This document shows, in pieces, positions 1 through 8,570 of a stretch of 64,000 bases of DNA. The notes beneath the pieces are model-generated. The model was not told where the DNA came from and ran no database searches. It saw only the letters and a list, made by a program, of their open reading frames with translations. This stretch comes from a virus (Duplodnaviria; Caudoviricetes): positions 1 to 64,000 of IMG/VR virus record IMGVR_UViG_3300025715_000361. One strand, given 5' to 3'. Made by a program: the position numbers and the translations under genes. Numbering within the stretch: the first letter of the stretch is position 1; the number at the start of each line of letters is the position of its first letter.

Positions 1-122
1 TGCGGGTGACCTGTCATTGCCGGGTCTGGATTGGCACACGATATATGTGCGGTGCCCGGAATATTCCGTCTGTGTTTGCACTCATAGCAGTTATTTTTCA
101 CGCTTACCTTATGGTTTTCCAT
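1..122 (-). CDS. small Cys-containing phage hypothetical protein, runs off the window edge
   Basis: Manual translation MENHKVSVKNNCYECKHRRNIPGTAHISCANPDPAMTGHP..., preceded by AGGAGG RBS; not in the ORF track. Confidence 0.5.
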   Translation of the reverse strand, partial: MENHKVSVKNNCYECKHRRNIPGTAHISCANPDPAMTGHP

Positions 123-202
123 CGCTGTCCTCCTTCAGCCAGTCAATACATTCCTTGCTGATCTCCCTCTGTAAGCGTGTTATTTTCCATCGCTGTCCTC
201 CT
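115..202. repeat. 20-bp direct repeat (115-134 and 183-202) equal to a duplicated RBS plus start codon on the minus strand
   Basis: TTTTCCATCGCTGTCCTCCT twice; minus strand reads AGGAGGACAGCG-ATG-GAAAA. Confidence 0.85.
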
Positions 203-457
203 CGTTGTATAGATATTCGCCAAGCAACTTTTTTACGCAATACTGGCATAGATCAAGTCGCACAATAACGCCGTCTCCAAATATGGAACTGTAGCCACCC
301 TTATTCAAGAAGTGCAAGAACTCCTGCAATTCAAAATCATCTCGGTTTTCTCCGGCAGCGTCAATGTAATGACTCTGTTATCCTCCGATGCTTGCGCTTT
401 CTTGTCACTGTTGTGCATTTTTTCGTTGTCCATTTCGATGCCCTTTCCTCAACCGGA

Positions 458-1624
458 TTAAAGCTGCCGGACCAGTGTTCGCTGAATCCGGTCGCTCGGT
501 TGCGGACAGGCCCACCGGATCTGAAGCTTGTGCGCATCTTCCGTGAAAGTTCTGAGCTGGTCCGTGCTGAACGCATGCATATCGGCGCTTTCACCCTGCC
601 GATCCCATTCCTTGTACCATTCGACCGTTTTGGCCAGCACCTCGGGGAGGGCGTAGACGGGATGCCAATCGAGCCGGACAGCGGCTTTTTCCCAGCTAAG
701 GGTCAACCAGTGCGCCTCGTGCGGTTCATCGCCCCTGCTCATATCGCGCCACTCTCCGGAGCCCCAGAGCTGGATGACTTTTTTGACAATGTTTTGAACG
801 CTGTCGCTCGCCAGGTCGATCGGGCCGAAATTCCAGGGCTCCGCAAACTTTGCGCCGTCAAGAAGGAGCCTGACGCCCAGCCACATATACCCGCTCAAAG
901 GGGAAAAGACGCACTGCCACGGCCGGGTCGCTCTGGGGCTGCGAATGTCTATGGATCTGCCCTCCGTCAAGGCTCGGATGGCATCCGGCAGCAGACGGTC
1001 TCTCGCCCAATCGCCGCCTCCCACCACGTTTCCCGCTCTGACCGAAGCGACGGCCACCGCATTTTCGCCGCGATCTCCCCAGGGAAAGAAGGCGTCGCGA
1101 TAAGCCTCGATAGCGATTTCAGCCATTGCCTTGCTGGCACTGTATGGATCTCCGCCGCCGAGCGCGTCGTTCTCCCGGTATCCCCAGATCCACTCGTTGT
1201 TCCGGTAGCATTTGTCGCTGGTGATGAAAACGGCCGCTTTGACCGCAGTGGTCATCCGGATCGCCTCCAGCATGTTGATCGTTCCCCAGGAATTGATGAT
1301 GAATGTGTCCCGGGGATTCTCGTAGGACTCCCGCACGATCGGCTGCGCGGCCATGTGAAAGACGATTTTGGGTTGAAATTCTTTCAAGACGCTTACGAGT
1401 TTATCCAGGTCCCGAATGTCTGCCCGAATGTCCACCATGCGGTCCTTCATCCCGGACATGTCGAAGTGATTCGGCCGGGTCGGCGGATCGAGGCTGTAGC
1501 CGATTACGCGGGCGCCCAGAAGATGCAGCCACATGCTGAGCCAGGTTCCCTTGAAACCCGTGTGCCCCGTTACGAGGACCGGCATGTCCTTGTAGATGCC
1601 GGCAAATGTTTCCTGAATGTCCAT
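458..1624 (-). CDS. rfbG: CDP-glucose 4,6-dehydratase (extended SDR)
   Basis: VLVTGHTGFKGTWL, HMAAQPIVRESY, ITSDKCYRN, DPYSASKA (YxxxK), RAGNVVGGGDW, WNFGP motifs; visibly GC-richer than neighbours. Confidence 0.9.
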   Translation of the reverse strand: MDIQETFAGIYKDMPVLVTGHTGFKGTWLSMWLHLLGARVIGYSLDPPTRPNHFDMSGMKDRMVDIRADIRDLDKLVSVLKEFQPKIVFHMAAQPIVRESYENPRDTFIINSWGTINMLEAIRMTTAVKAAVFITSDKCYRNNEWIWGYRENDALGGGDPYSASKAMAEIAIEAYRDAFFPWGDRGENAVAVASVRAGNVVGGGDWARDRLLPDAIRALTEGRSIDIRSPRATRPWQCVFSPLSGYMWLGVRLLLDGAKFAEPWNFGPIDLASDSVQNIVKKVIQLWGSGEWRDMSRGDEPHEAHWLTLSWEKAAVRLDWHPVYALPEVLAKTVEWYKEWDRQGESADMHAFSTDQLRTFTEDAHKLQIRWACPQPSDRIQRTLVRQL

Positions 1625-2026
1625 GCGATCATCCTTTCGTTCCAGCGGAGCCGATCATTAAAAAATCGGCCACACTGTATGGTCTTTTCAGCCGCTTGTC
1701 AAACTTTCAAAGGATTGGAAAATGCTTTTATTTTGAGGCAATGTTGAATACCGGCAATTTTCCCTGCCGTCAGGACAACTGCCCCTGCACGGGAAACGGG
1801 ACCCTTCTTACTCTGTATTGAATCATCACCGTCCTCCTCCCCCCGTCAGGGGGTTAAAAAGGCGGGGCATCAGGTCGCTCATCTGTAATCCATGTAGTGA
1901 AATTTCACCCACGCAATCGTTCAATGCCCTCATTGACCCCGCCTATGTCACTGTATGCGCCCGTGTAGTGGACACTCAAACGCGTTGTCTATGTTACAGG
2001 TGCATATCAATTTAATCACCCCCTTT

Positions 2027-2629
2027 TCATCGAAAGGTTTGTGTCATTGCACGAAGCCGACCAAGTTCTTTCCGCAGCCCTTTTATCTCTTCTTCTTTTT
2101 CATATATAATCTTATCCAGCCTTCTATGTTCATCATCCCACTCATACCGTTCTTTATTCCAGCATTTTATAGCGTCTTCTTCTAATGTAAAACTAACATC
2201 ATGGCGTGATGGCATGGTAACACATGAGTTTTTACACGATACCTTATATCCACCATATGCCGCCCAAATAAATGCTTCAGCTCCGCAAAATGGACACGGT
2301 AAAAGTTTATCCATCGGCTGTTTGAGTGGATTTTTGTCCTGTATTCTGCCGGTGTAAAGCTTGTTTTGACGACTTTTTCCATGTTTCACCCCTCTGCACA
2401 AGAACGAACCGCCCCGGCCAGTCAGACAATACGGAATCCAACCATGCCGAAAAAACATCGTCCTCACCTCGACAATCTTGTGGATACCAGTGCTCACCGC
2501 CTCTCCTTTTGGCATAGCGTTGTATGCCCTTCCGATTCCGCGCACTCTCGCCAGTACGAAATAACACCAGAACTTGATTTCCTGCATGGCTCTACCTCCC
2601 ATCGCGGGCACCCGGGCCCAGGTCTGCAT
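2027..2629 (-). CDS. protein with a C-terminal Lar-like (restriction alleviation) zinc finger; true start uncertain (GTG 2497 or ATG 2314)
   Basis: LLPCPFCGAEA...YKVSCKNSC...EEDAIKCWNK resembles the Lar family pattern. Confidence 0.55.
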   Translation of the reverse strand: MQTWARVPAMGGRAMQEIKFWCYFVLARVRGIGRAYNAMPKGEAVSTGIHKIVEVRTMFFRHGWIPYCLTGRGGSFLCRGVKHGKSRQNKLYTGRIQDKNPLKQPMDKLLPCPFCGAEAFIWAAYGGYKVSCKNSCVTMPSRHDVSFTLEEDAIKCWNKERYEWDDEHRRLDKIIYEKEEEIKGLRKELGRLRAMTQTFR

Positions 2630-2859
2630 TTTATTACCTTGGCGCCGTTGTTGTCGGCTGGCAGCTCCAGCCCATTACGGCAGTATTCGCCGTCTTCGTC
2701 GCTTCTCAGCAGCGGGCAGGAATATCCGCATCCGTCGTCCTCCATCGGAGGAATTTCAACGGCCAGGGTGAAGTTATGCTTTCCGCGCTCATCATGCCGC
2801 GTCCCGCACAATCCACATTCCCACAGCTCAAAATATTCTCTGCCAAGCATCGTTTTCAT
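2494..2859 (-). CDS. Cys-rich phage hypothetical protein
   Basis: 121-aa ORF with CxxC (CGLC) and further Cys, co-oriented with neighbours. Confidence 0.45.
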   Translation of the reverse strand: MKTMLGREYFELWECGLCGTRHDERGKHNFTLAVEIPPMEDDGCGYSCPLLRSDEDGEYCRNGLELPADNNGAKVIKCRPGPGCPRWEVEPCRKSSSGVISYWRECAESEGHTTLCQKERR

Positions 2860-2923
2860 GGATCACCAAAATCAGCTAACAATGCAAATGCACCCGATCG
2901 CTGCGCTCCGGCTGATTTTTGCG

Positions 2924-3266
2924 TTATCTGTAATCACTACAATCGTGCGGCATCCATGCGTTCTCAATCAATTCAGTCCGTGAATTTTTAAATACTTCTC
3001 TGTCGATTCCCCACTTGTCCACCACGGCCTTAGATGAATTGCATTGCGGGGCCGATCCTTTGTAAAACAAAACGCAGTCATCTTCGGTCACAACCCAATA
3101 GAAGTTTTTGAAATTTTGATCTTGAACGTAATCAGAATAACAATCGCCGCAAAACGGTAAAGTCTGTGCCTTCAATTGCAACCATTTCCGTTAAGTCTGT
3201 TTGCAGGGATTTAAGCTTCCCTGCCACAAGTTTACCGCACCCATCACATTCAAACCAAATTTTCAT
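2924..3266 (-). pseudogene. possibly frameshifted zinc-finger gene
   Basis: ATG 3266 gives MKIWFECDGCGK...stop at 3132; the overlapping frame 2924..3181 carries a second CxxC (FCGDCY) and has no good start. Confidence 0.3.
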
Positions 3267-3278
3267 ATGGTCATCCTT

Positions 3279-3590
3279 TTATCTATATTTATCGCATAAT
3301 TGTGCATCTAAAGCTGTAAACAGTTCTTTATCTGATAGTTGCTTAATGAATGTTTCAATGTCGATCTTTATTTCCCAATATGTAAACCCCCTGTCTTTTT
3401 TCTTTTTTATTCCGGTTAATGGAGCAATGTTGTTTTTATCCCGAAGATAAACAATTAAGGGAATGTTAATATCTCTAAAACGGATTTTGTAGTTGGAAAT
3501 AACTTCACGTTCTATTATTTTTCTCATATCCGTACTCCTTATCATCGTAGAATCCGGTTTTATTTTCAAGATCGGCACGAATGGAATCAA
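3279..3590 (-). CDS. hypothetical protein
   Basis: 103-aa ORF in the co-oriented early cluster; start uncertain. Confidence 0.4.
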   Translation of the reverse strand: MIPFVPILKIKPDSTMIRSTDMRKIIEREVISNYKIRFRDINIPLIVYLRDKNNIAPLTGIKKKKDRGFTYWEIKIDIETFIKQLSDKELFTALDAQLCDKYR

Positions 3591-3843
3591 TCTGCGTTAA
3601 AAACTCGTTTAAACCCTTTTCAATGAGGCTTAACCGCATGGAAACATCGTTCCGCAATTCTTTTTCAGTTGCGGAGCATCCAATCTGGTCAGTTGCGTTT
3701 TTAAGACAAGCAACCAAACAATCGTCGCCTAAACCGTATGTTTCTTGATACATCCGGCAAGTCAAAACGATTTCATACCGCAAGCGTTTCATGTCTGCGG
3801 TTTCTTCGGTAGGGTCTTGCCATTTCTCATGTATTTCTTTCAT
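3505..3843 (-). CDS. hypothetical protein
   Basis: 112-aa ORF, ATG start with GAGGG upstream. Confidence 0.55.
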   Translation of the reverse strand: MKEIHEKWQDPTEETADMKRLRYEIVLTCRMYQETYGLGDDCLVACLKNATDQIGCSATEKELRNDVSMRLSLIEKGLNEFLTQIDSIRADLENKTGFYDDKEYGYEKNNRT

Positions 3844-3901
3844 TTTTCTACCCTCATTATTTTCTATAATACCGAAATGATAATTCGTAACTTATGTTAT
3901 G

Positions 3902-4147
3902 TTACTCAATTTCACGTTCTCCCCCTGCCTTTTGAATTTGCCTTGTGGTTCCCCGTTCCGCAAACAGGGTTCCGTCCATGCCATCGATATAAGCGTCTTT
4001 ATCGGTAGTACAAAAAATCGCTAACTTCCGTTTGTTGAATCGTCCGGCCCAATGGGGCCAATTGACCTTGCAATTTTTGACCGCTTCCTCTTCAGTTGTC
4101 CCTCTTCCCCATGTTTCTGGCCCTACCGCAAAATAGATTTCATCCAT
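3902..4147 (-). CDS. hypothetical protein, first gene after a sigma54-type promoter
   Basis: 81-aa ORF, AAAGGAG RBS. Confidence 0.6.
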   Translation of the reverse strand: MDEIYFAVGPETWGRGTTEEEAVKNCKVNWPHWAGRFNKRKLAIFCTTDKDAYIDGMDGTLFAERGTTRQIQKAGGEREIE

Positions 4148-4176
4148 ATCGGTTTTTCTCCTTTCCTGTCATATAT

Positions 4177-4192
4177 TGCGATTTCCATGCCA
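4177..4192 (-). promoter_or_regulatory. sigma54 (RpoN) -24/-12 promoter
   Basis: Minus strand TGGCATGGAAATCGCA = GG-N10-GC, 30 nt upstream of ATG 4147. Confidence 0.65.
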
Positions 4193-4241
4193 ATTTGTAA
4201 CGACCATGCAAATAAAGATAAGTGCTTGAAATCATTCATGT

Positions 4242-4277
4242 CACGCTTACCACGCTTACCACGCTTACCACGCTTAC
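4242..4277. repeat. perfect tandem repeat (CACGCTTAC)x4
   Basis: Directly read; intergenic. Confidence 0.95.
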
Positions 4278-4297
4278 TACGAAAAGTGCGTAGTAAC

Positions 4298-4335
4298 TGC
4301 GTAGTGGAGTACGCAGGTGCGTAGGGGATTACGCA
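4298..4335. promoter_or_regulatory. two palindromic TGCGTA-N6-TACGCA sites (candidate enhancer/UAS)
   Basis: 4298-4315 and 4318-4335; same architecture recurs at 8571-8607. Confidence 0.65.
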
Positions 4336-4356
4336 CCCCCTACGCACCCCATGTTC

Positions 4357-4584
4357 CTATGAATAGTTGAAAAGATCACCGGAAAGCTCTTCAAGCGTCC
4401 TTGCAAAGTCGGCAAAGTCCTCGGCACTCTTGCTTAATTCTTCCCCCTTTTCCGTTTGCTGAAGTCCTTCGGATAGGTTGTCGAATTTGTACTGTTCATC
4501 TTGTGATATTTCTTCGAGTTCCTGACGTACATCTTCGATTTTACTGATGATTTCCCCTACCCTGATACGCTGTGTTTTATTCAT
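4357..4584 (-). CDS. acidic coiled-coil hypothetical protein
   Basis: 75-aa ORF, AGGAGG RBS. Confidence 0.65.
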   Translation of the reverse strand: MNKTQRIRVGEIISKIEDVRQELEEISQDEQYKFDNLSEGLQQTEKGEELSKSAEDFADFARTLEELSGDLFNYS

Positions 4585-4600
4585 TTCAGAACCTCCTTAA

Positions 4601-4831
4601 TCAGATTTTAAACGCAAGCGTTAGCCATGCTTCATCGTCTTTTACTTCCATTTGCACATACAGGAAATCGCTGTGTAAAATAAGAAACCGCATATCCTCG
4701 GCTGTCAATTCCTCGTTTAAAATCTTGAAATAAACGTGAGAATGCGTCCACTCTGGCGGTTCCTCAATATCGATGTTTGAATCCTTTAAATACTCCAGAA
4801 TTTGCTCGATTTTGTAATCAATTGTGTCCAT
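4601..4831 (-). CDS. hypothetical protein
   Basis: 76-aa ORF, AAGGGGG RBS. Confidence 0.6.
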   Translation of the reverse strand: MDTIDYKIEQILEYLKDSNIDIEEPPEWTHSHVYFKILNEELTAEDMRFLILHSDFLYVQMEVKDDEAWLTLAFKI

Positions 4832-4923
4832 TTAATCCCCCTTTATTCCTTGTTGAATTGTGCGAATATCCAGCATATTACGAACAGCATAAATAATGAG
4901 ATAACTGCTGACATGATTCCCCC

Positions 4924-5100
4924 TTAATTGTCCATGTTTACGTTCTGGCTTTTTGCCCAACGATACAGACCTTCGTCATTCAAAACCCAAATTCTTCTGA
5001 ATTCGTCGTTTAAATGTGCATAAGGAAGGATTTCACGGATAGCAGAATCGAGATTTTTCCTGTTCTTTCTGATCCATTGACGCAACGATTTCTTTTTCAT
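4924..5100 (-). CDS. small hypothetical protein (58 aa)
   Basis: Manual translation MKKKSLRQWIRKNRKNLDSAIREILPYAHLNDEFRRIWVLNDEGLYRWAKSQNVNMDN; GGAGG RBS; start overlaps the ligase stop. Confidence 0.55.
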   Translation of the reverse strand: MKKKSLRQWIRKNRKNLDSAIREILPYAHLNDEFRRIWVLNDEGLYRWAKSQNVNMDN

Positions 5101-5669
5101 TTCACACCTCCAAAAAGGAAACTGTTTTCAGGTTTTTTCGCCTTAATCCATAGCGGATTGTGAGGGCATGAGTTAAGGTCAATAAGATATTTACTGTTGA
5201 TTTCCTTCATGACGATCCCTTCGTTTCCTTCTTCAATTGAAACATCGTAAAGAAGGGATTTCCCGACACATACGGGGACGCTGATTTCAATTCCTTCTAT
5301 TCCGTTAAGAACATATTCCAGACGTTCCCTTCTATGCTTCCACGGTAGCGAAGTCAGTTGTTTACCGCCTTCGTAAAGGATATCAAATGCGTAAAATAAA
5401 TCCTTTATATCCTTTGTTCTCTTCTCCATTAGTTCGCCGTCAATTATTGTAGAATACGGCAATCTTTGGAGTGCGTTTCTTGTAACGGGAAGTTGATCGT
5501 AAATGATCGTTTTGCGGCGGGTAAAGAGGGTTAAACCCTCTTCGTCCCGTACCGCAAGGCAACGCCATCCGTTTTTTTTCCGTTCTGCAATCCATGAAGG
5601 CTTTTTATCGTAATCAATAACCTTCGCAGGATCGATCCAGTTCGGAAGATTTGGATAGATGTATTTCAT
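5097..5669 (-). CDS. ATP-dependent ligase-like nucleotidyltransferase (adenylation domain only)
   Basis: Motifs ERKKNGWR (I), IIDGELME (III), FYAFDIL (IIIa), EGIVMK (IV), WIKAKK (V); protein ends without an OB domain. Confidence 0.8.
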   Translation of the reverse strand: MKYIYPNLPNWIDPAKVIDYDKKPSWIAERKKNGWRCLAVRDEEGLTLFTRRKTIIYDQLPVTRNALQRLPYSTIIDGELMEKRTKDIKDLFYAFDILYEGGKQLTSLPWKHRRERLEYVLNGIEGIEISVPVCVGKSLLYDVSIEEGNEGIVMKEINSKYLIDLNSCPHNPLWIKAKKPENSFLFGGVK

Positions 5670-5672
5670 GGT

Positions 5673-6329
5673 TTACCTCGTTTTTACGGATGCTTTGTGC
5701 TGTTTCACACCCGCCATTTCGAGTTTTTCCCGAAGTTCATCAGACATTAAAACGTGTTTTCTGATGAAGTTCTCGGTGGGTTTAATGACTTCTTCAACGG
5801 TGAAAAAACGAGCGAATCTTTCTTGTCCAATCCTCAAACCTTCTTCAGTTTCTCCCCCGTCCGGCGAAAGCCATGAGAAAAGCTCATACAGTTCTGCATC
5901 CGTTTTATCTTCGGCAGAGATAACGAATTTCGACTTGAAAAACTCCTGATAATCATCTCCTAGAATGTCAATCAAGCCACCCTCATTTTCCGGTTTAATC
6001 TTCGAATAATTCCCAGACCAAACAAGAACAACAAGGTTATTGGTTCTCGTAGGGACTTTGACAGAAGTGGTAAACTCTTTTTTGCAGATATCCTGACGCA
6101 CCGGAAAGACTTTATCAATCAAGGTTTTTCCCGCTCTTTCCAGTTCGGTTGTCAAGCTTTCTATCTGCGTTTTAAGGTCAAGCACTTCTTGTGCAAGTTC
6201 CCGCATTTCATCATCCGCTGAAACAACAGGAATTTTGCTTTTTGAGCTTGCCGGAGTCGGCTTGTTTGCTGATCTCATAACATCTTTCAAACTGCCTGCC
6301 TTTTCGATTTTTTTCGCTGTTGCTTCCAT
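5673..6329 (-). CDS. hypothetical protein with N-terminal coiled coil
   Basis: 218-aa ORF, AGGAGG RBS. Confidence 0.7.
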   Translation of the reverse strand: MEATAKKIEKAGSLKDVMRSANKPTPASSKSKIPVVSADDEMRELAQEVLDLKTQIESLTTELERAGKTLIDKVFPVRQDICKKEFTTSVKVPTRTNNLVVLVWSGNYSKIKPENEGGLIDILGDDYQEFFKSKFVISAEDKTDAELYELFSWLSPDGGETEEGLRIGQERFARFFTVEEVIKPTENFIRKHVLMSDELREKLEMAGVKQHKASVKTR

Positions 6330-6343
6330 CTTAAACCCTCCTT

Positions 6344-6961
6344 TTAGTTTTTAGAAACAAATCCGTTTGCCTTTTTAATCTTGAAAATAACGTCAAATTT
6401 GAGTTTTCCAATAAACCAGCATTTATAACACCTGTCGCACTTGCCGGAGCATTTAAGTGCCTTTTCAGCTCTATTGTCATTAGGGAAATCAGCCGGATTT
6501 CCGGCATACGCACGGGGCAGTTTATCAAGAGATTCAGGGATAGTCATTCCCTTCATTAAAGAACAAATGATCGCAAGATTATCCGGCAAGTCCGTATCTA
6601 TGAAATAGAACGACTTTGTAAAGGCGAGAAACTTTGTATTTGGGTTTTCTACCGCAATTTCTTTAATTGTTTTAAAATGCTTTACCGAAACGATATCTCC
6701 CCCGACATGAAATCTGAAATATCGGGTGTTGTGATAGTGGCAGAACACGGAAACATCCTTTTTAAGTTCCGCAAATTTGCCTTCACGGATCAAAAAACTA
6801 TTATGTTGCCATGCCTTAAATGTGTTCGGATATTGCTTTATTGAATGCCTTGCGTAACATACATCCTGACATTTTGTGCAGTTATGGCAATCAATAACAG
6901 GAAGCAAGGACATATTCGAAACCTTACATTTGAAATTGCCCAATGAGAATTTATAATCCAT
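6344..6961 (-). CDS. Gp88-like phage protein (radical-SAM-related Cys motif)
   Basis: CHNCTKCQDVCYA, RYFRFHVGGDI, FLAFTKS, C-terminal CSGKCDRCYKCW. Confidence 0.7.
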   Translation of the reverse strand: MDYKFSLGNFKCKVSNMSLLPVIDCHNCTKCQDVCYARHSIKQYPNTFKAWQHNSFLIREGKFAELKKDVSVFCHYHNTRYFRFHVGGDIVSVKHFKTIKEIAVENPNTKFLAFTKSFYFIDTDLPDNLAIICSLMKGMTIPESLDKLPRAYAGNPADFPNDNRAEKALKCSGKCDRCYKCWFIGKLKFDVIFKIKKANGFVSKN

Positions 6962-7069
6962 TTTTATCCTCGCTTATCACGCTTATTTTGCGTCGTGTCT
7001 TCACGCTTCTCTTGCGTTGTGGGGTTCTCGCTTACGCTTAACCGCACGGATGCGGGAAGCGAAAAAGGC

Positions 7070-7101
7070 AAAAAAACGGCAGGGGCGTGAACCCCTGCCG
7101 T
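7070..7101 (-). terminator. intrinsic terminator
   Basis: 10-bp stem ACGGCAGGGG/CCCCTGCCGT followed on the minus strand by a U tract, just after ORF 7106..7450. Confidence 0.75.
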
Positions 7102-7105
7102 AAAG

Positions 7106-7450
7106 TTAAAAGGCATTGTCAAACACCTGAAAAGGTGCTGAATCGTACTGGTAAACTTGGCCGTCATGCCCTTGACAGAATTCATCAGGGCAAACATTCT
7201 GACCATCCTGTTTAAAGGTGCAATGAGAGCAGAATGCACTGCCGCAAAAGTCGCAAGTTAAGCGTGCGGTATATGTTCCGCAAAAATCACAAATAGCCAT
7301 GTCAAAACCCTCCTGAATTGTGATCGTTGGTTTCCATCGGCTCGACCAGTCAAGGCCGCATTTAATTAACTCGGCACGGCTTCGACTTGGAAACAAACCG
7401 ATAAAAACAGATTTTTTCCCGTTCTTCATTGTTAAGCTATACAGTTTCAT
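7106..7450 (-). CDS. hypothetical protein; C-terminal half is a Cys-rich zinc finger with its own internal RBS/ATG
   Basis: MAICDFCG...TCDFCG...CSHC...CPDEFC preceded by AGGAGGG. Confidence 0.55.
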   Translation of the reverse strand: MKLYSLTMKNGKKSVFIGLFPSRSRAELIKCGLDWSSRWKPTITIQEGFDMAICDFCGTYTARLTCDFCGSAFCSHCTFKQDGQNVCPDEFCQGHDGQVYQYDSAPFQVFDNAF

Positions 7451-7563
7451 TTTTTCGCCTCATAATCAGCACATGCCGGTTTTTTCCGTGGCGTGTATGT
7501 GTCTGTCACGGAGCATTTTTTATCGATTCTTTTCGTGCAGTTCTTGCAATTTTTTTCTTTCAT
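7447..7563 (-). CDS. 38-aa Cys-containing protein
   Basis: Manual translation MKEKNCKNCTKRIDKKCSVTDTYTPRKKPACADYEAKK; AGGAG RBS; stop overlaps next ATG. Confidence 0.5.
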   Translation of the reverse strand: MKEKNCKNCTKRIDKKCSVTDTYTPRKKPACADYEAKK

Positions 7564-7585
7564 TTGGTTGGCTCCTGAAGGGTAG

Positions 7586-7619
7586 TAAAAAGGCACGGTC
7601 AAAGGTTAGACCGTGCCTT
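7586..7619 (-). terminator. intrinsic terminator
   Basis: 11-bp stem AAGGCACGGTC/GACCGTGCCTT plus short U tract after ORF 7626..8429. Confidence 0.7.
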
Positions 7620-7625
7620 GAAAGG

Positions 7626-8429
7626 TTAAATGTCAATAGTAAGATCGGCGGCACGGTCTGCGTAATAGTCTGGCCGTTCTTCCATTGTTGCGGTTAATCC
7701 TGTGAAGTAACGATGCAGATTAACGTGATTTTCCATCACGTTAACCGGCGGCGAAGTTTTGAGGGCTTCCGTGCAAGCGTTGTAAAGGCTCCAGGCATTT
7801 CGGGGGGCGAATTCCTCATAGCGGGGCTTTTTCCAGTCCGTGAATACTGCCGCAAGCTGACGGGGGCTAATGATATCGTTTCCGTACAGGCGGCCTATAA
7901 TTCCGAATGCGTCATCATCTGGCATAGGCAATGCCTTGAAAGCGGAAGCGTCTGCAATGTTTTGATGATAGACTTTGCGGGCGGTGTAAACTGAAGTGAT
8001 AAGCGTCTGATGGATGTCATCCCACACGTTTCGTGTGTGTTTCCTCATGATTGAAATCTCACCGGAAAGGCAAAGGTTATCACACACAAAAACCGAAGTT
8101 CCCATTACAATGCCCAAAGCCATGCTCTTATCATAGGAATTGCGGAAGCCTACGGAAAGACCTTGCTCCGTGTCGGAGTTGACAAAGGTCAAAACGCCGA
8201 ACATCTGTTTGCCTTCCCTTGCTACTCCGAAAGACTCCCTTTCAAGCTGAAAAGCTTCTCCACCGGAGCGAAGGGTCAAAAGGTCTTGACTGACCAGTTT
8301 AATCTGCTTTACCAGTTCGAAATGACTCACCGGCTTATAGGTTGCCGTTTCTTGCGGTACGGGGAAAAGGTCAAGGTCTTTCTCCGTTACTGCTTCGCCG
8401 CCGCAATGGAGCATCAGTCCGTTTCTCAT
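7626..8429 (-). CDS. DUF932-like protein
   Basis: MLHCGG...P.TATYKPVSH, GFRNSYDKSMALG, VFVCDNLCLSG, RKHT, NAWSLYNACTEALK pattern. Confidence 0.75.
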   Translation of the reverse strand: MRNGLMLHCGGEAVTEKDLDLFPVPQETATYKPVSHFELVKQIKLVSQDLLTLRSGGEAFQLERESFGVAREGKQMFGVLTFVNSDTEQGLSVGFRNSYDKSMALGIVMGTSVFVCDNLCLSGEISIMRKHTRNVWDDIHQTLITSVYTARKVYHQNIADASAFKALPMPDDDAFGIIGRLYGNDIISPRQLAAVFTDWKKPRYEEFAPRNAWSLYNACTEALKTSPPVNVMENHVNLHRYFTGLTATMEERPDYYADRAADLTIDI

Positions 8430-8503
8430 GGTTCTTGTCTCCTGCCCTTGCCTGCCCTATGGGTTCAGGTCTTAAAGGGTCGATCTTCGACAATTCTATC
8501 TAA

Positions 8504-8519
8504 TGCAAGTTGCATGCCA
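8504..8519 (-). promoter_or_regulatory. sigma54 (RpoN) -24/-12 promoter
   Basis: Minus strand TGGCATGCAACTTGCA matches TGGCAY-N5-TTGCW; first promoter of the leftward arm. Confidence 0.75.
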
Positions 8520-8570
8520 TATCTAATATCAATGATTTCAATGGGTTAGGTTTTGAAAACTGCGCAAAAC

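Noticed and set aside
392-1747. 451-aa + strand ORF
   Set aside because: Antisense shadow of GC-rich rfbG; no motifs.
1-1800. Host chromosome flank or prophage attachment site at the left edge
   Set aside because: Phage-like small genes continue left of rfbG, and no integrase, tRNA or att-like repeat was identified.
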